Assembly: GCA_963703315.1 (NCBI GenBank)
Contig: OY969811.1
Location: 2,080,001 to 2,144,000 of the forward strand
DNA length: 64,000 nucleotides
Direction of reading: 5' to 3'
Origin: an uncultured cyanobacterium
GTDB taxonomy: Bacteria; Cyanobacteriota; Cyanobacteriia; Pseudanabaenales; Pseudanabaenaceae
Each line of letters opens with the position of its first letter. The stretch's first letter is position 1. Shown in pieces: positions 44,622 to 56,909 of the stretch. Below the pieces are notes generated by a model that saw nothing but the letters and a program-made list of their open reading frames with translations, searched no databases and was not told the origin of the DNA. The translations under genes and the position numbers were made by a program.

Positions 44622-47600
44622 CTACTTAATCAATCTAATAATTTCTTGTATATTAATGGGTTTACTAATGTAAGTATTCATCCCTGCATCTAAACAAGCT
44701 TGACGATCTTCAGGCATGGCATTAGCGGTCATGGCGACAATCTGCACTTGATATTTGGAATTCATCAAGTATTCACGAATTAACTTGGTTGCAGTTAAAC
44801 CATCCATTTCAGGCATCTGCACATCCATAAAAATGAGATCATAGATTTGTTTCTGTACTGCCTCTACAGCTTCTAAACCATTGTTAGCTAAATCTGTCTG
44901 ATATCCAAGTTTTTGCAACAATCTAGTGGCTACCATTTGATTAACTCTGTTGTCCTCGACTAGCAAAATCCGTAGAGGAAACATTTCGGCAAGTTTATCA
45001 TTAGCTAGTAATTGATTGGCTTTGGGAGCTATTGATGCTTGTGGTTGCGCGATCGCGGAGCTAACTGATACAGAGGTCGTAAAATAGAATGTGGAACCTT
45101 GAGAAGGCTCTTGAGTTTGCCAATTTAAAGGGGGATTGCCCCCAACTTGACCAAAGCTCTCCACCCAAATTCTGCCACCCATCAATTCGACAAGGCGCTT
45201 ACTAATTACCAGTCCCAAACCAGTGCCGCCATATTTACGACTAATCGAAGCATCGGCTTGGGTAAATGCTTGAAATAATTGCTGAAGCCGATCGCCTTGG
45301 ATACCAATACCTGTATCAGCGATCGCAAACTCTAGTTGATATTTGCCATATTGATTAGCTTTCAAAAATCGCCCGTTGACGGAAATTGATACCTGTCCCT
45401 GTGGTGTAAATTTAATCGCATTGCCAATTAGGTTTAATAGAATTTGACGTAAACGAGTCTGATCGCCGATCAATAGGTTGGGAATGTCAGGCGCGATCAT
45501 ATATTGGAGATCAATATTTTTGGTGATCGCTTGACTATGGAGAATGTCACCAACGCTACTCACCACATTTTGCAAACAAAATTCCCTTGACTCAATGGTT
45601 AACATCCCCGATTCAATTTTGGAGAAATCGAGAATGTCATTGATCACTGCTAATAGGACTTCACCACTTTCCGCAATTGTGTTCACAAAATCTTGCTGCT
45701 CTTTAGTTAATTCCGTAGTTTGGAGCATCTGTGTCATGCCAATCACGCCATTCATGGGAGTACGGATTTCATGACTCATGTTAGCGAGAAACTCACTTTT
45801 TGCTTTAGTTGCAGCTTCCGCGGTTTCTTTGGCTTTCGCCAACACTATTTCCGCCTGTTTGCGATCGCTAATATCTGTCGAGATAATTGTGACAGACCAA
45901 GCATTTTGAGTAGCATCCCAACATGAATGATTAGTTTGGGAAATCCATCGCCAAGTTCCATTTTTATGCAGTATCCGATAAACATATGTTCCTGAACATT
46001 CTGTACGGATATCTGCAAAAACTTGTGCTTCTATGGGTTGCCAATCTTCAGGATTAATGATGCTCAGCCACAATGATTTATCGGTAATTAATTCTCCTGA
46101 AGTATAGCCACAAACATCCTTACAACCTTTGGAAACATAAACAATTTCCCAATCTCCATCTGGTTTTAAAAGTAATCTGGTAACTGCTGCTGCGACACTA
46201 TTTAAGATGTCATTGAGTTTGTTTTCTGAAACCTGCAAAGCAACTTCCAATCGTTTGCGATCGCTAATATCTATAATTGTGCCAACTAATTTGATTACCT
46301 GTCCCTGATCATTGCGGATTGCTTCCCCTCGGCTGATGATGTAACAGATTGAACCATCGGGACGGATGATTCCATGTTCTTCGGTGTAGGGTGTGCCATG
46401 CGCGATCGCTTCCTCTACCGCTTTACGCAGTTTCGGCTGATCATCTTTAGGAAGCAGATCAAAAAAGTTGGCATAGCTTGGTAAGGGTAGATTTGGATCA
46501 AATCCCAAAATCTGGAATTGTTCGGCTGACCAATTACTCGTCCCAGTTGCGACATCAAATGTCCAACTTCCCACACGGGCAATGCGTTGAACTTCTGTTA
46601 AGGCGATCGTTTTATTGGCAACCTCCCACTCCAAATCCTGCTCATAATTTAAGCGCATTTGATCAGCATCACGAAGGTCGTGCATCATCTGGTGTAACGC
46701 TTCTGTTAAGACCCTTAGTTCATGAATGTTGGTATCTGGGATTGGTTGCTCAAGACGACTTTCAGCAAAAGATCTGGCGGTTTGCGTGAGTTGCAATAGC
46801 GATCGCGTAATTCGGCGAGATGTCCAAATACCGATTCCCACAGCAGTCAACAGCGCTAACCCGCATAATAGAATTGTGCGTTCAACATTAGCGCGAATTT
46901 GCACTGTAAAGTCTGACTCTGGAACTACAGTGACAATCAGCCAATTTAATCCATAAGTATCGTTGTAGGGAGTGACATTTAAGAAATAATGATTACCATT
47001 GCTCCAAAAATTTATCCTTTGTGGCGATCGCAGCGTTGTCAAATCCGTAAAAGTAGACTTGAGATATTGATAAGAACGTTGAATGTCAGGTTCAGCAATA
47101 TCTTGAGCCGATAACCGATTAAACTTCCGAGTTCCAAATTGAGCGATTCTATTGAAATTACTTGGATCTGTTACAAAATAGGAAGCTTGAGTAGTGGAAT
47201 TGGCAATTAGTAAGCCATTGTTCTCAATGATAAAGACCTTGCCTGTATGACCTACCTTTAAACTACTCAAAAATTGACTTAATTGATTAAGGCTGATATT
47301 AACCGCAAAAACACCTAATAAATTTTGGGTTTTGCCATAAAAAGGTTGATAGGCATTAAGAGCCAAGAGATTCGTACTACCAATTAAAAAGGGTTTGCTC
47401 CAGCCTGCTTTTTTTGTTTCCACCGCTAGCCGATACCAAGGGCGATCGCGCACATCACTATTTGAGAAAGTTTCCAAAAAGCGAACTAGATCTCCTGAAG
47501 CATTGATACTGTAGAGGTCAAATTCTTTACTAGATGGAAATGGCTTTGATAAGCCTGCTTCGTATGGCATATCATCAGATCTTAGTGACGAATTGCTCCC

Positions 47601-48005
47601 CAACTCACGAGGATTCACGTAATGACAGATCCTAAAATCTCCCTGAGGAGTTCCGAATAAAAACGTTGTTAAATCACTATTTTGCAGATGCTGAAGAATG
47701 AGATAGCGGTGCAGTTGGTCAAGATTTTGCAAGCTAATCACTCCTGACTCGATCGCCGCAATATGACGCTGATTGGCATTATGGGCAGTCTTCAAATAAC
47801 GGTCTAGCTTTTGAGTGACTTGCTGCCCCGTATTTTCCATCAGTTGATTGGTGATTTCCTCGATCGCCTCTTGCCCACTCCGATAGGAAAGATAACCGAC
47901 TAAACCAACTACACCAAACACTTGCAGCACAAATGGAAGCACAATCACCCATTGCAATGATGTGTTAAAAAAAGGCGATCGCTTTGGCTGCTGATTGTCC
48001 TTCAT
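44622..48005 (-). CDS. Hybrid sensor kinase (TM-Cache-HAMP-PAS-PAS-HisKA-HATPase-REC)
   Basis: DVRDRPWY Cache motif, PAS/PAC, FLANMSHEIRTPMNG, GGTGLGL, MDVQMPEMDG. Confidence 0.93.
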   Translation of the reverse strand: MKDNQQPKRSPFFNTSLQWVIVLPFVLQVFGVVGLVGYLSYRSGQEAIEEITNQLMENTGQQVTQKLDRYLKTAHNANQRHIAAIESGVISLQNLDQLHRYLILQHLQNSDLTTFLFGTPQGDFRICHYVNPRELGSNSSLRSDDMPYEAGLSKPFPSSKEFDLYSINASGDLVRFLETFSNSDVRDRPWYRLAVETKKAGWSKPFLIGSTNLLALNAYQPFYGKTQNLLGVFAVNISLNQLSQFLSSLKVGHTGKVFIIENNGLLIANSTTQASYFVTDPSNFNRIAQFGTRKFNRLSAQDIAEPDIQRSYQYLKSTFTDLTTLRSPQRINFWSNGNHYFLNVTPYNDTYGLNWLIVTVVPESDFTVQIRANVERTILLCGLALLTAVGIGIWTSRRITRSLLQLTQTARSFAESRLEQPIPDTNIHELRVLTEALHQMMHDLRDADQMRLNYEQDLEWEVANKTIALTEVQRIARVGSWTFDVATGTSNWSAEQFQILGFDPNLPLPSYANFFDLLPKDDQPKLRKAVEEAIAHGTPYTEEHGIIRPDGSICYIISRGEAIRNDQGQVIKLVGTIIDISDRKRLEVALQVSENKLNDILNSVAAAVTRLLLKPDGDWEIVYVSKGCKDVCGYTSGELITDKSLWLSIINPEDWQPIEAQVFADIRTECSGTYVYRILHKNGTWRWISQTNHSCWDATQNAWSVTIISTDISDRKQAEIVLAKAKETAEAATKAKSEFLANMSHEIRTPMNGVIGMTQMLQTTELTKEQQDFVNTIAESGEVLLAVINDILDFSKIESGMLTIESREFCLQNVVSSVGDILHSQAITKNIDLQYMIAPDIPNLLIGDQTRLRQILLNLIGNAIKFTPQGQVSISVNGRFLKANQYGKYQLEFAIADTGIGIQGDRLQQLFQAFTQADASISRKYGGTGLGLVISKRLVELMGGRIWVESFGQVGGNPPLNWQTQEPSQGSTFYFTTSVSVSSAIAQPQASIAPKANQLLANDKLAEMFPLRILLVEDNRVNQMVATRLLQKLGYQTDLANNGLEAVEAVQKQIYDLIFMDVQMPEMDGLTATKLIREYLMNSKYQVQIVAMTANAMPEDRQACLDAGMNTYISKPINIQEIIRLIK

Positions 48006-48074
48006 GGAATGAATATAATAAAAATCCTAAGAATCGAGTGGCGGCGCGAAGCGCCGCCACTCGATTCTTAGGTT

Positions 48075-48178
48075 ATACAAAAACTAAAAATAGCATAGCC
48101 ATTTTTAGTTTTTGTATAACCCTTATTGGGTTTGGTTTTTAATTCACGAAAGTGTTGTCACACTTTCGTGAATTGGTA

Positions 48179-48179
<1 letters not shown>
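48075..48179. mobile_element. ATACC...GGTAT family MITE abutting the pgm stop codon
   Basis: Homologous to 38478-38580. Confidence 0.72.
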
Positions 48180-49825
<1,646 letters not shown>

Positions 49826-50057
49826 CTAAACCATGCTCTAAAAAATGCTCTAAACAATTCTAAAAAGCCCATACCTTTAGGCTTGATTTAATTTTACGAG
49901 TCATTGGTTAGCTAGACACAGAAAAATTCAACCTCAGCAGAGGCTTTTAGGGTTTTCCTTTCGATAGATATTTGCGATCGCGCGATCCCATTGATTGAGG
50001 AACATGGTAAGTTAAGTTTAGTTAAGAAATTATTTTGAACATCAGGCTCTTTGCTAT

Positions 50058-51944
50058 ATGAAATCCTCTTGGAGAACTGCACTGCTGTGGTTACTGCCCA
50101 TAGCGATCATCGGCTTTTTTGGCTGGCAGACTTTAGTTGCTCGTCCTGCCCCTAGCCGTCCCACTGTAAATGCGGCAAATACCCGCATTGCCTACGGAAG
50201 ATTCCTTGAATATCTCGACGAACATCGGGTACGCAAGGTTGACATTTTTGATGGTGGTCGCACGGCGGTAATCGTAGCAAGCGATCCCCAAATTGAAGGT
50301 AAAGAGCAACGCGCTAGAGTTGACTTACCAATATATGCCCCTGAGTTGATGGACAAACTCAACGAAGGCGGTGTGGATTTGGCAATCTATCCACCTAGCA
50401 ACAATAGTGCGATTTGGGGCTTTGTTAGTAATTTAATTTTCCCTGTAGCTCTGCTTGCAGGTTTATTTTTCTTGTTCCGTCGCTCCAATCAAATGGGTGG
50501 ACCGGGACAAGCAATGGACTTCGGTAAGTCGAAAGCGCGTTTCGCAATGGATGCGAAGACGGGCGTAATGTTTGATGATGTTGCTGGCATCGAAGAAGCA
50601 AAGGAAGAACTGCAAGAAGTTGTCACTTTCTTGAAGAAGCCCGAACGCTTTACTGCGGTTGGTGCAAAGATTCCTAAGGGCGTTTTGTTGATTGGTCCTC
50701 CTGGGACAGGTAAAACTTTGCTTGCCAAAGCGATCGCTGGCGAAGCAGGTGTACCTTTCTTCTCCGTATCTGGTTCGGAATTTGTCGAAATGTTCGTTGG
50801 AGTCGGTGCATCCCGTGTACGCGACTTGTTTAAGAAGGCTAAGGAAAATGCACCTTGCATCATCTTTATCGATGAAATTGATGCCGTAGGTCGTCAACGT
50901 GGTGCTGGTATTGGCGGCGGTAACGATGAACGAGAGCAAACCCTGAACCAAATCCTTACAGAAATGGATGGTTTTGAAGGTAACTCTGGTGTGATCGTGA
51001 TTGCGGCAACTAACCGCGCCGATGTGCTTGACTCCGCACTATTACGTCCCGGTCGCTTCGATCGCCAAATTGGTGTTGATCCACCTGATATCAAGGGTCG
51101 TCTACAAGTTTTGAATGTTCATGCTCGCGATAAAAAGATTAGTCCTGAAGTTTCCCTAGAAGCGATCGCTCGTCGTACTCCCGGATTTGCAGGTGCGGAT
51201 CTTGCTAACCTGCTCAATGAAGCCGCGATTCTCACCGCCCGTCGTCGTAAGGATGCGATGACAATGGCAGAAATCGATGATGCTGTAGATAGAATCATTG
51301 CTGGTCTGGAAGGAAAAGCCCTTGTCGATAGCCGTAACAAGCGCTTGATTGCCTATCACGAAGTTGGTCATGCGATCGTTGGTACTTTGATGAAGGATCA
51401 TGACCCAGTTCAAAAAGTTACCCTCATTCCTAGAGGTCAAGCGGCTGGTTTGACATGGTTTACTCCCGATGAAGAACAAACCCTAGTTTCTCGCGGTCAA
51501 ATCCTTGCTCGGATCACGGCCGCCCTCGGTGGTCGTGCTGCTGAAGAAGCAGTCTTTGGCTCTGCGGAAGTAACTACTGGTGCGGGTGGTGACTTACAAC
51601 AAGTAAGCGGCATGGCGCGTCAGATGGTCACTCGTTTTGGTATGTCCAATATTGGTCAACTTGCCCTCGAAGGTCAAAGTTCGGAAGTATTTCTCGGACG
51701 CAGCATGGGTGGTGGATCGCAATATTCGGAAGATATTTCCGCAAAAATTGATCAACAGGTTCGCGAAATTGTACAGAAATGCTATCAAACCGCACTTCAG
51801 ATCGTGTATGAAAATCGAGCAGCGATCGATCGCGTTGTCGATCTTCTCGTTGAAGCAGAAACTCTCGATGGTGAAGAGTTCCGTCGCATTATTTCTGAGT
51901 ACACCTCTGTTCCTGTAAAAGAACGCTTTGTACCTCAAATCTAG
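50058..51944 (+). CDS. ftsH: ATP-dependent zinc metalloprotease FtsH (FtsH2-like)
   Basis: 2 [25 protein letters not shown]. Confidence 0.97.
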   Translation: MKSSWRTALLWLLPIAIIGFFGWQTLVARPAPSRPTVNAANTRIAYGRFLEYLDEHRVRKVDIFDGGRTAVIVASDPQIEGKEQRARVDLPIYAPELMDKLNEGGVDLAIYPPSNNSAIWGFVSNLIFPVALLAGLFFLFRRSNQMGGPGQAMDFGKSKARFAMDAKTGVMFDDVAGIEEAKEELQEVVTFLKKPERFTAVGAKIPKGVLLIGPPGTGKTLLAKAIAGEAGVPFFSVSGSEFVEMFVGVGASRVRDLFKKAKENAPCIIFIDEIDAVGRQRGAGIGGGNDEREQTLNQILTEMDGFEGNSGVIVIAATNRADVLDSALLRPGRFDRQIGVDPPDIKGRLQVLNVHARDKKISPEVSLEAIARRTPGFAGADLANLLNEAAILTARRRKDAMTMAEIDDAVDRIIAGLEGKALVDSRNKRLIAYHEVGHAIVGTLMKDHDPVQKVTLIPRGQAAGLTWFTPDEEQTLVSRGQILARITAALGGRAAEEAVFGSAEVTTGAGGDLQQVSGMARQMVTRFGMSNIGQLALEGQSSEVFLGRSMGGGSQYSEDISAKIDQQVREIVQKCYQTALQIVYENRAAIDRVVDLLVEAETLDGEEFRRIISEYTSVPVKERFVPQI

Positions 51945-52006
51945 AATCTTTAGCAAACCCAGAAAATAAGTGGCGGCGCTTCGCGCCGTCACTCATATAC
52001 AAAAAA

Positions 52007-52034
52007 GTAGGGGCAGTTCATGAACTGCCCCTAC
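52007..52034. repeat. GTAG-type REP palindrome
   Basis: GTAGGGGCAGTTCATGAACTGCCCCTAC. Confidence 0.7.
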
Positions 52035-52194
52035 TTTTTTGTGGCGTTATAAAACCAAAAAGATTGATAGCGGCGCTTCGCGCCGCTATCAATCTTTTTG
52101 GTTTTGATGAAAAAACTTTTCGGAATAGGTTAATCTCTTTCATAGGGGTTTTATAGCTATAAAACCCCTTCCTAATTTTAGAAATAAGCCCTTT

Positions 52195-52905
52195 ATGTCT
52201 CCATTGCCCGAACCAATTTTACTGCCCAATAATTTAGAAGATGCCACCGAGCAAGCGATCGCGGCTACCCATCAAGCGATCGCTGATGGCGCTACTCGTG
52301 TAATCGCGGATCTCAGATTTCCTGAACTGAAGGTATTGCCGATCGCTTACGAATTTGCGACTAGTTTTAATCAACGCTATGGCAACGCATGGCAAGCTAT
52401 TTTTTCGGACGCTGGGGCGGCGGCACTGGCAAAACGCGAGTGGGCAGATCTTGATGTATCGGTACGCGGTGTCAATGAAGGGCGCAGGGCAATTCGGGAA
52501 GAAGATAAAGCTTTTTTGTTAGTTGAGCCAAGCTCGGTTGAAGTCGATCAGGTGGAAAAGTTGGTGCAATTAGCAGGCGATCGCCCCTTTGTGATTCTCA
52601 ATCCTCGCCTTGAAAATAGTGAAGTGGGATTAGGACTATCAGCAAGACGAATGCGCGATCGCTTTTTAAGTACTTTTGAATCTGCCTATTACATTAAACC
52701 CTTAGAACTTGGTGCATTGTGGCGTTGCTACCCGCAAACATGGCAAGTATGGCAACAAACTGAAGAGGGAATGCAAAAACTGGCTGAAGTAGCACAACGC
52801 CCCTCTAGTGATGATATTGATCGCCTATTTCGTCAAAAGACTGGCAAACAGTCAGGATCATTTTTAGGACAATTGCAACAGTTTTTTAATGCATTGTCTC
52901 GCTAA
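52195..52905 (+). CDS. DUF1995 family protein
   Basis: FPEL, FSDAGAAALAKREW, LNPRLE, YYIKPL, GALWRCYP. Confidence 0.82.
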   Translation: MSPLPEPILLPNNLEDATEQAIAATHQAIADGATRVIADLRFPELKVLPIAYEFATSFNQRYGNAWQAIFSDAGAAALAKREWADLDVSVRGVNEGRRAIREEDKAFLLVEPSSVEVDQVEKLVQLAGDRPFVILNPRLENSEVGLGLSARRMRDRFLSTFESAYYIKPLELGALWRCYPQTWQVWQQTEEGMQKLAEVAQRPSSDDIDRLFRQKTGKQSGSFLGQLQQFFNALSR

Positions 52906-53083
52906 AAGAGTCACTAGTTAGATTTTGTATAGCGCGGCTTTGCCGCGCTATACAAAATCGCTTCCTTTCAGTCATCTTTAGATGACTTTAGCTTTTAGCC
53001 AAGAACTTGAGTTCTTGGTGACTTGTGTGTATATCGTAGAAAAAAGAGAGGGGACACTTTGTGTCCCCTCTCTTTTTTTGGGA

Positions 53084-53773
53084 TTAAGCAGTCACTAACT
53101 CAGGGCGCTTGCTATTGCGAATACCGTCGATCGCCTTTGCATAGTCAGGAGCATTAAATACTGCCGAACCAGCCACGATCGCATTAGCACCAGCTTCCAA
53201 AACTTGCCAAGTGTTATTTGCCTTCAGACCACCATCAACCTCGATCCAAGGATCAAGTCCGCGATCGTCACACATTTGACGCAACTTCGCGATTTTAGGG
53301 ATCACATTAGGAATAAAGCTCTGACCACCAAATCCGGGGTTGACGCTCATGATTAACACCAAGTCGCAAAGATCGAGAACATACTCAATAAAGCTCAAGG
53401 GAGTCGAAGGATTGAGGGATACACCAGCGAGTTTGCCGAGTTCCTTAATTTGGCAAAGATTGCGATGCAAGTGAGGACAAGCGGTATGCTCAGCATGAAC
53501 GGTGATGATATCTGCACCAGCCTTTGCAAAGTCAGGTACATATCTTTCTGGCTCCGCAATCATCAAATGCACATCTAAAATTTTGGTGGTGACGGGACGA
53601 ATCGCCGAAACAACTAATGGACCAATGGTGATATTCGGTACAAAACGACCATCCATCACATCAACGTGAATCCAATCTGCACCCGCCGCATCAACTGCAC
53701 GAATGTCGTCACCCAAACGGCTAAAGTCAGCAGACAGGATCGAGGGGGAAATAACTGTGGACTTTTTAGGCAT
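53084..53773 (-). CDS. rpe: Ribulose-phosphate 3-epimerase
   Basis: [36 protein letters not shown]. Confidence 0.98.
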   Translation of the reverse strand: MPKKSTVISPSILSADFSRLGDDIRAVDAAGADWIHVDVMDGRFVPNITIGPLVVSAIRPVTTKILDVHLMIAEPERYVPDFAKAGADIITVHAEHTACPHLHRNLCQIKELGKLAGVSLNPSTPLSFIEYVLDLCDLVLIMSVNPGFGGQSFIPNVIPKIAKLRQMCDDRGLDPWIEVDGGLKANNTWQVLEAGANAIVAGSAVFNAPDYAKAIDGIRNSKRPELVTA

Positions 53774-53957
53774 ATGATTTACGGGGGGGCTTGGCTTAAC
53801 AAAAATCTAAAAAACAGCTAAGAATGGTAATTTAAATTACAGTCTTGTATTAATTATTAATTAAATTTAGCAGTTTTGATCGGCAGAATCATAATTTATC
53901 ACTACAAACCCAAAAGAGAGTGGCGGCGCTTTGCGCCGCCACTCTCTTTTGATAAGC

Positions 53958-55436
53958 CTAGAAAACGGGTTTGTGAATTACGAATAGCCCGATCGCATAC
54001 GTTCCAAAGCCCAACAAAATGCAACAGGGCAAAGTTAACACCCAAGCTAGTAAAAGATTTTTTAAGGTATTCATCTGTAAACCTGAGCGATTGGCGACCA
54101 TTGAACCTGCGATTCCTGAAGAAAGGATATGCGTGGTGCTAACGGGTAAGCCAAAGTAATCGGCGGCGCTGATCGTCGTCATGGTCACTAATTCGGCAGT
54201 CGCACCTTGAGCATAGTTAAGATGTTCTTTGCCAATCTTTTCTCCTACAGTGACAACAACACGCTTCCATCCAATCATTGTTCCTAAACCTAGCGCAAGC
54301 GCAATGGATATCTTCACCCAATAGGGAATAAATTTGATGATTTGATCTAATTGATTTCGATAGTCAATCAATAGGTTGTCTTGCTCAATATTAGTTAATT
54401 GATGTTGTTTTTCTAATTTTGTAATCGCACTAGCGACCAGATAAAGATCATTTCTAATTTGACGGCGATCGCTCTCTAATACATCCCCAAAACTACGATT
54501 ATTTGCCAATTTTTCGGCAATGATCTGACTTTCCGTGATGAGCGATCGCCAAGTATTTTCGCTGACCTGACCCTGCGGCTGTAAAAATCTTGTAAGTTCT
54601 CCCAAGCTATTTTCTAAGGATAGCTCAGGGATATTCGGGATATTAATTTGTTGTGCGAATACAGGAATTACGGCATTGGATGTGGCGACTAATTGGGCGA
54701 TCGCTTGAGGACTAGCATCTAGATTTAGGGCAAAGGTACTTGGCAAAATTCCCACCAAGATCAATAACATTAAACCCATGCCCTTTTGTCCATCATTAGA
54801 GCCGTGAGCAAAGCTAACCCCCGTACAGGTCAAAACCAACAAAGCGCGAACCCAAAAAGAAGGAACGTTTTCTTCAGGAGCCGTAAAGAGTTCTTCTTGT
54901 TTCAGTAAAGCTCTAGCAATTAGAAATAAAATCGCGGCTCCACCAAATCCTGCCAATGGCGAAATCAAAAGGGAAAGCAAAATCTCTTGCATTTTGCTCC
55001 AATTGATGCCATTCCACCAATTAAGCTCAACTGTGGAATTAATGGCGGAATTGAGAAGAGAATTAGTAAGCCCAATGCCTGTAATTGCCCCGATTAAGCT
55101 ATGGGTGCTAGATACAGGCAATCCCAAATACCAAGTTCCCAAGTTCCAAATAATTGCTGAAATCAACAAAGCCAAGATCATGACTGTGCTTTGGGTTGAA
55201 GATGCATCAGTCAGTAGCTCCACAGGCAAGAGCGCAATAATCGCAAAAGCGACTGTACCACTAGAAGTCAGTACTCCCAACAAGTTAAAAATTCCTGACC
55301 AAACCACCGCATAAACTGGTTTAAGCGTATTCGTATAAATGACTGTAGCCACAGCGTTAGCCGTGTCATGGAACCCATTTACAAACTCAAAGCCAAGTAC
55401 TAAAGCGATCGCGACACCTAAAAAAAGATGTTCCAT
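53958..55436 (-). CDS. PiT family inorganic phosphate transporter
   Basis: NGFHDTANAVAT, PVSSTH, HGSNDGQK, PVSTTH; ATG at 55436 preferred. Confidence 0.93.
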   Translation of the reverse strand: MEHLFLGVAIALVLGFEFVNGFHDTANAVATVIYTNTLKPVYAVVWSGIFNLLGVLTSSGTVAFAIIALLPVELLTDASSTQSTVMILALLISAIIWNLGTWYLGLPVSSTHSLIGAITGIGLTNSLLNSAINSTVELNWWNGINWSKMQEILLSLLISPLAGFGGAAILFLIARALLKQEELFTAPEENVPSFWVRALLVLTCTGVSFAHGSNDGQKGMGLMLLILVGILPSTFALNLDASPQAIAQLVATSNAVIPVFAQQINIPNIPELSLENSLGELTRFLQPQGQVSENTWRSLITESQIIAEKLANNRSFGDVLESDRRQIRNDLYLVASAITKLEKQHQLTNIEQDNLLIDYRNQLDQIIKFIPYWVKISIALALGLGTMIGWKRVVVTVGEKIGKEHLNYAQGATAELVTMTTISAADYFGLPVSTTHILSSGIAGSMVANRSGLQMNTLKNLLLAWVLTLPCCILLGFGTYAIGLFVIHKPVF

Positions 55437-55443
55437 TTCTAAA

Positions 55444-55482
55444 TTAATCTTCCTTCCTTTCGATAGATCGCCACCAGCGACT
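55444..55482 (-). repeat. Duplicated 3' end of mreD (39 bp, direct repeat of 55525-55563)
   Basis: One mismatch; encodes SRWWRSIERKED*. Confidence 0.93.
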
Positions 55483-55524
55483 GCTCTAAATCTAAAACTT
55501 TTCACTTCGTGAAAAGTTTTAGAT

Positions 55525-56073
55525 TTAATCTTCCTTCCTTTCGATAGATCGCCACCAACGACTAAGGGGAAAATAAATTGCGGGTGACCATAAACTACTC
55601 AAAATTGCTGAACTTAAAGCAATCCGTTGCTGTAAAGTCCAGACATTATCCATGCTAGCTCCCATGACAGTCAGTTGCACCGCGTGCATGGTCTCAACGA
55701 TCACCGCCATTCCAAAGACGATCAGAGCGATCGAAACAAAGTCCTCTTGCATATATCTTTGCTTTTGCAAAAGCGACGTAATCCCACCAGCGATCGCCAA
55801 GCCTAGTACATGAGTCGGCGAAACACTTACACCCGTAACCGTCGTCATCCCATCTTGCACCATTCCCAGCGCAATGCCGACCATTACTGCTAGCACCACA
55901 GGACGATTAACACTCCATGCTACTAACCAAATCAATAACCAATTTGGAGCAATTCCCATCAGAGTCATTCCGGGGAATCTGGTATACATAGCTAAGATGC
56001 AGATCAGTAGTGACCCAATAGTTACAGTCCAATTTAAAAGTTTTCTTGATAGAGGAACTTTGCGATCGAGCAT
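55525..56073 (-). CDS. mreD: Rod shape-determining protein MreD
   Basis: PNWLLIWLVAWS, GMVQDG, SSLWSP; follows mreC. Confidence 0.9.
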   Translation of the reverse strand: MLDRKVPLSRKLLNWTVTIGSLLICILAMYTRFPGMTLMGIAPNWLLIWLVAWSVNRPVVLAVMVGIALGMVQDGMTTVTGVSVSPTHVLGLAIAGGITSLLQKQRYMQEDFVSIALIVFGMAVIVETMHAVQLTVMGASMDNVWTLQQRIALSSAILSSLWSPAIYFPLSRWWRSIERKED

Positions 56074-56151
56074 TTACACAGATTTACCAAATTGAGTTAT
56101 TAGTATATGTAAACAAGAGACCACGCAAAGCGTGGTCTCTTGTTTACAATT

Positions 56152-56898
56152 TTATAGCTTCTCTTTAAAAGGATATACCTTCACATATTCCAATAAACCG
56201 AGTGGAGTTGAAAACTCTACGATCGCCTCAGGAGAAGGTTGCTTATCAAGATTGATCGACTTAATGCGCCCTACAGGAATATTTTCAGGAAACAGGGTAC
56301 TAAACTGCGAAGTATGGATAATGTCACCAACCTTTGCATCGGGATCTCGCTCAAAAAATTCGAGTATGGCAGTATTTTGGCTTTGTCCCTTGAGCATTCC
56401 ACTAAAGCGACTACGACTAACCACCACCCCGACCTGACTATTAGGATCGCTGACCAACAAAATTTGACTACTATGGGGAGAAACATGGGTAACTCGACCA
56501 ACTAATCCACCAGGGGCAACCACAACAGCACCTGCGGCAATCCCATCATTGCTACCCTTACCAATTAGGATCTGATTCCACCAAGAGTCTGCCCCACGAC
56601 CAATCACAGTTGCCCAAATACTAGGATCGTTAGGACTGACTTTTACCTTCAATAGTTCTTTCATGCGGAGATTCTGAGACTCTAGCTCAGTCAAGCGATA
56701 ACGCAATTCTCGCACTTCAGCATCTTGTAACAACTCTTGCTTCGATATGCTGGACTGAAAAGGACGACTGAGAAACTGATAAGTTTCCATAATCGCCACA
56801 CCCTGAGTCTGGCGGATAAACCAAGCTAAGCCAATGCCAGCAGTAACAACAACAGTTTGAAAGCTATATCGCTCCCACCAACTACGGATTGAGTCCAT
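56152..56898 (-). CDS. mreC: Rod shape-determining protein MreC
   Basis: TM + coiled coil; VIGR, IGKGSNDG, GLVGRV, FPENIPVG. Confidence 0.93.
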   Translation of the reverse strand: MDSIRSWWERYSFQTVVVTAGIGLAWFIRQTQGVAIMETYQFLSRPFQSSISKQELLQDAEVRELRYRLTELESQNLRMKELLKVKVSPNDPSIWATVIGRGADSWWNQILIGKGSNDGIAAGAVVVAPGGLVGRVTHVSPHSSQILLVSDPNSQVGVVVSRSRFSGMLKGQSQNTAILEFFERDPDAKVGDIIHTSQFSTLFPENIPVGRIKSINLDKQPSPEAIVEFSTPLGLLEYVKVYPFKEKL

Positions 56899-56909
56899 GA
56901 AAAATTTAC

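Noticed and set aside
55437..55505. N-terminal extension of the PiT ORF
   Set aside because: It runs through the hairpin and duplicated mreD tail; the ATG at 55436 fits the family start better.
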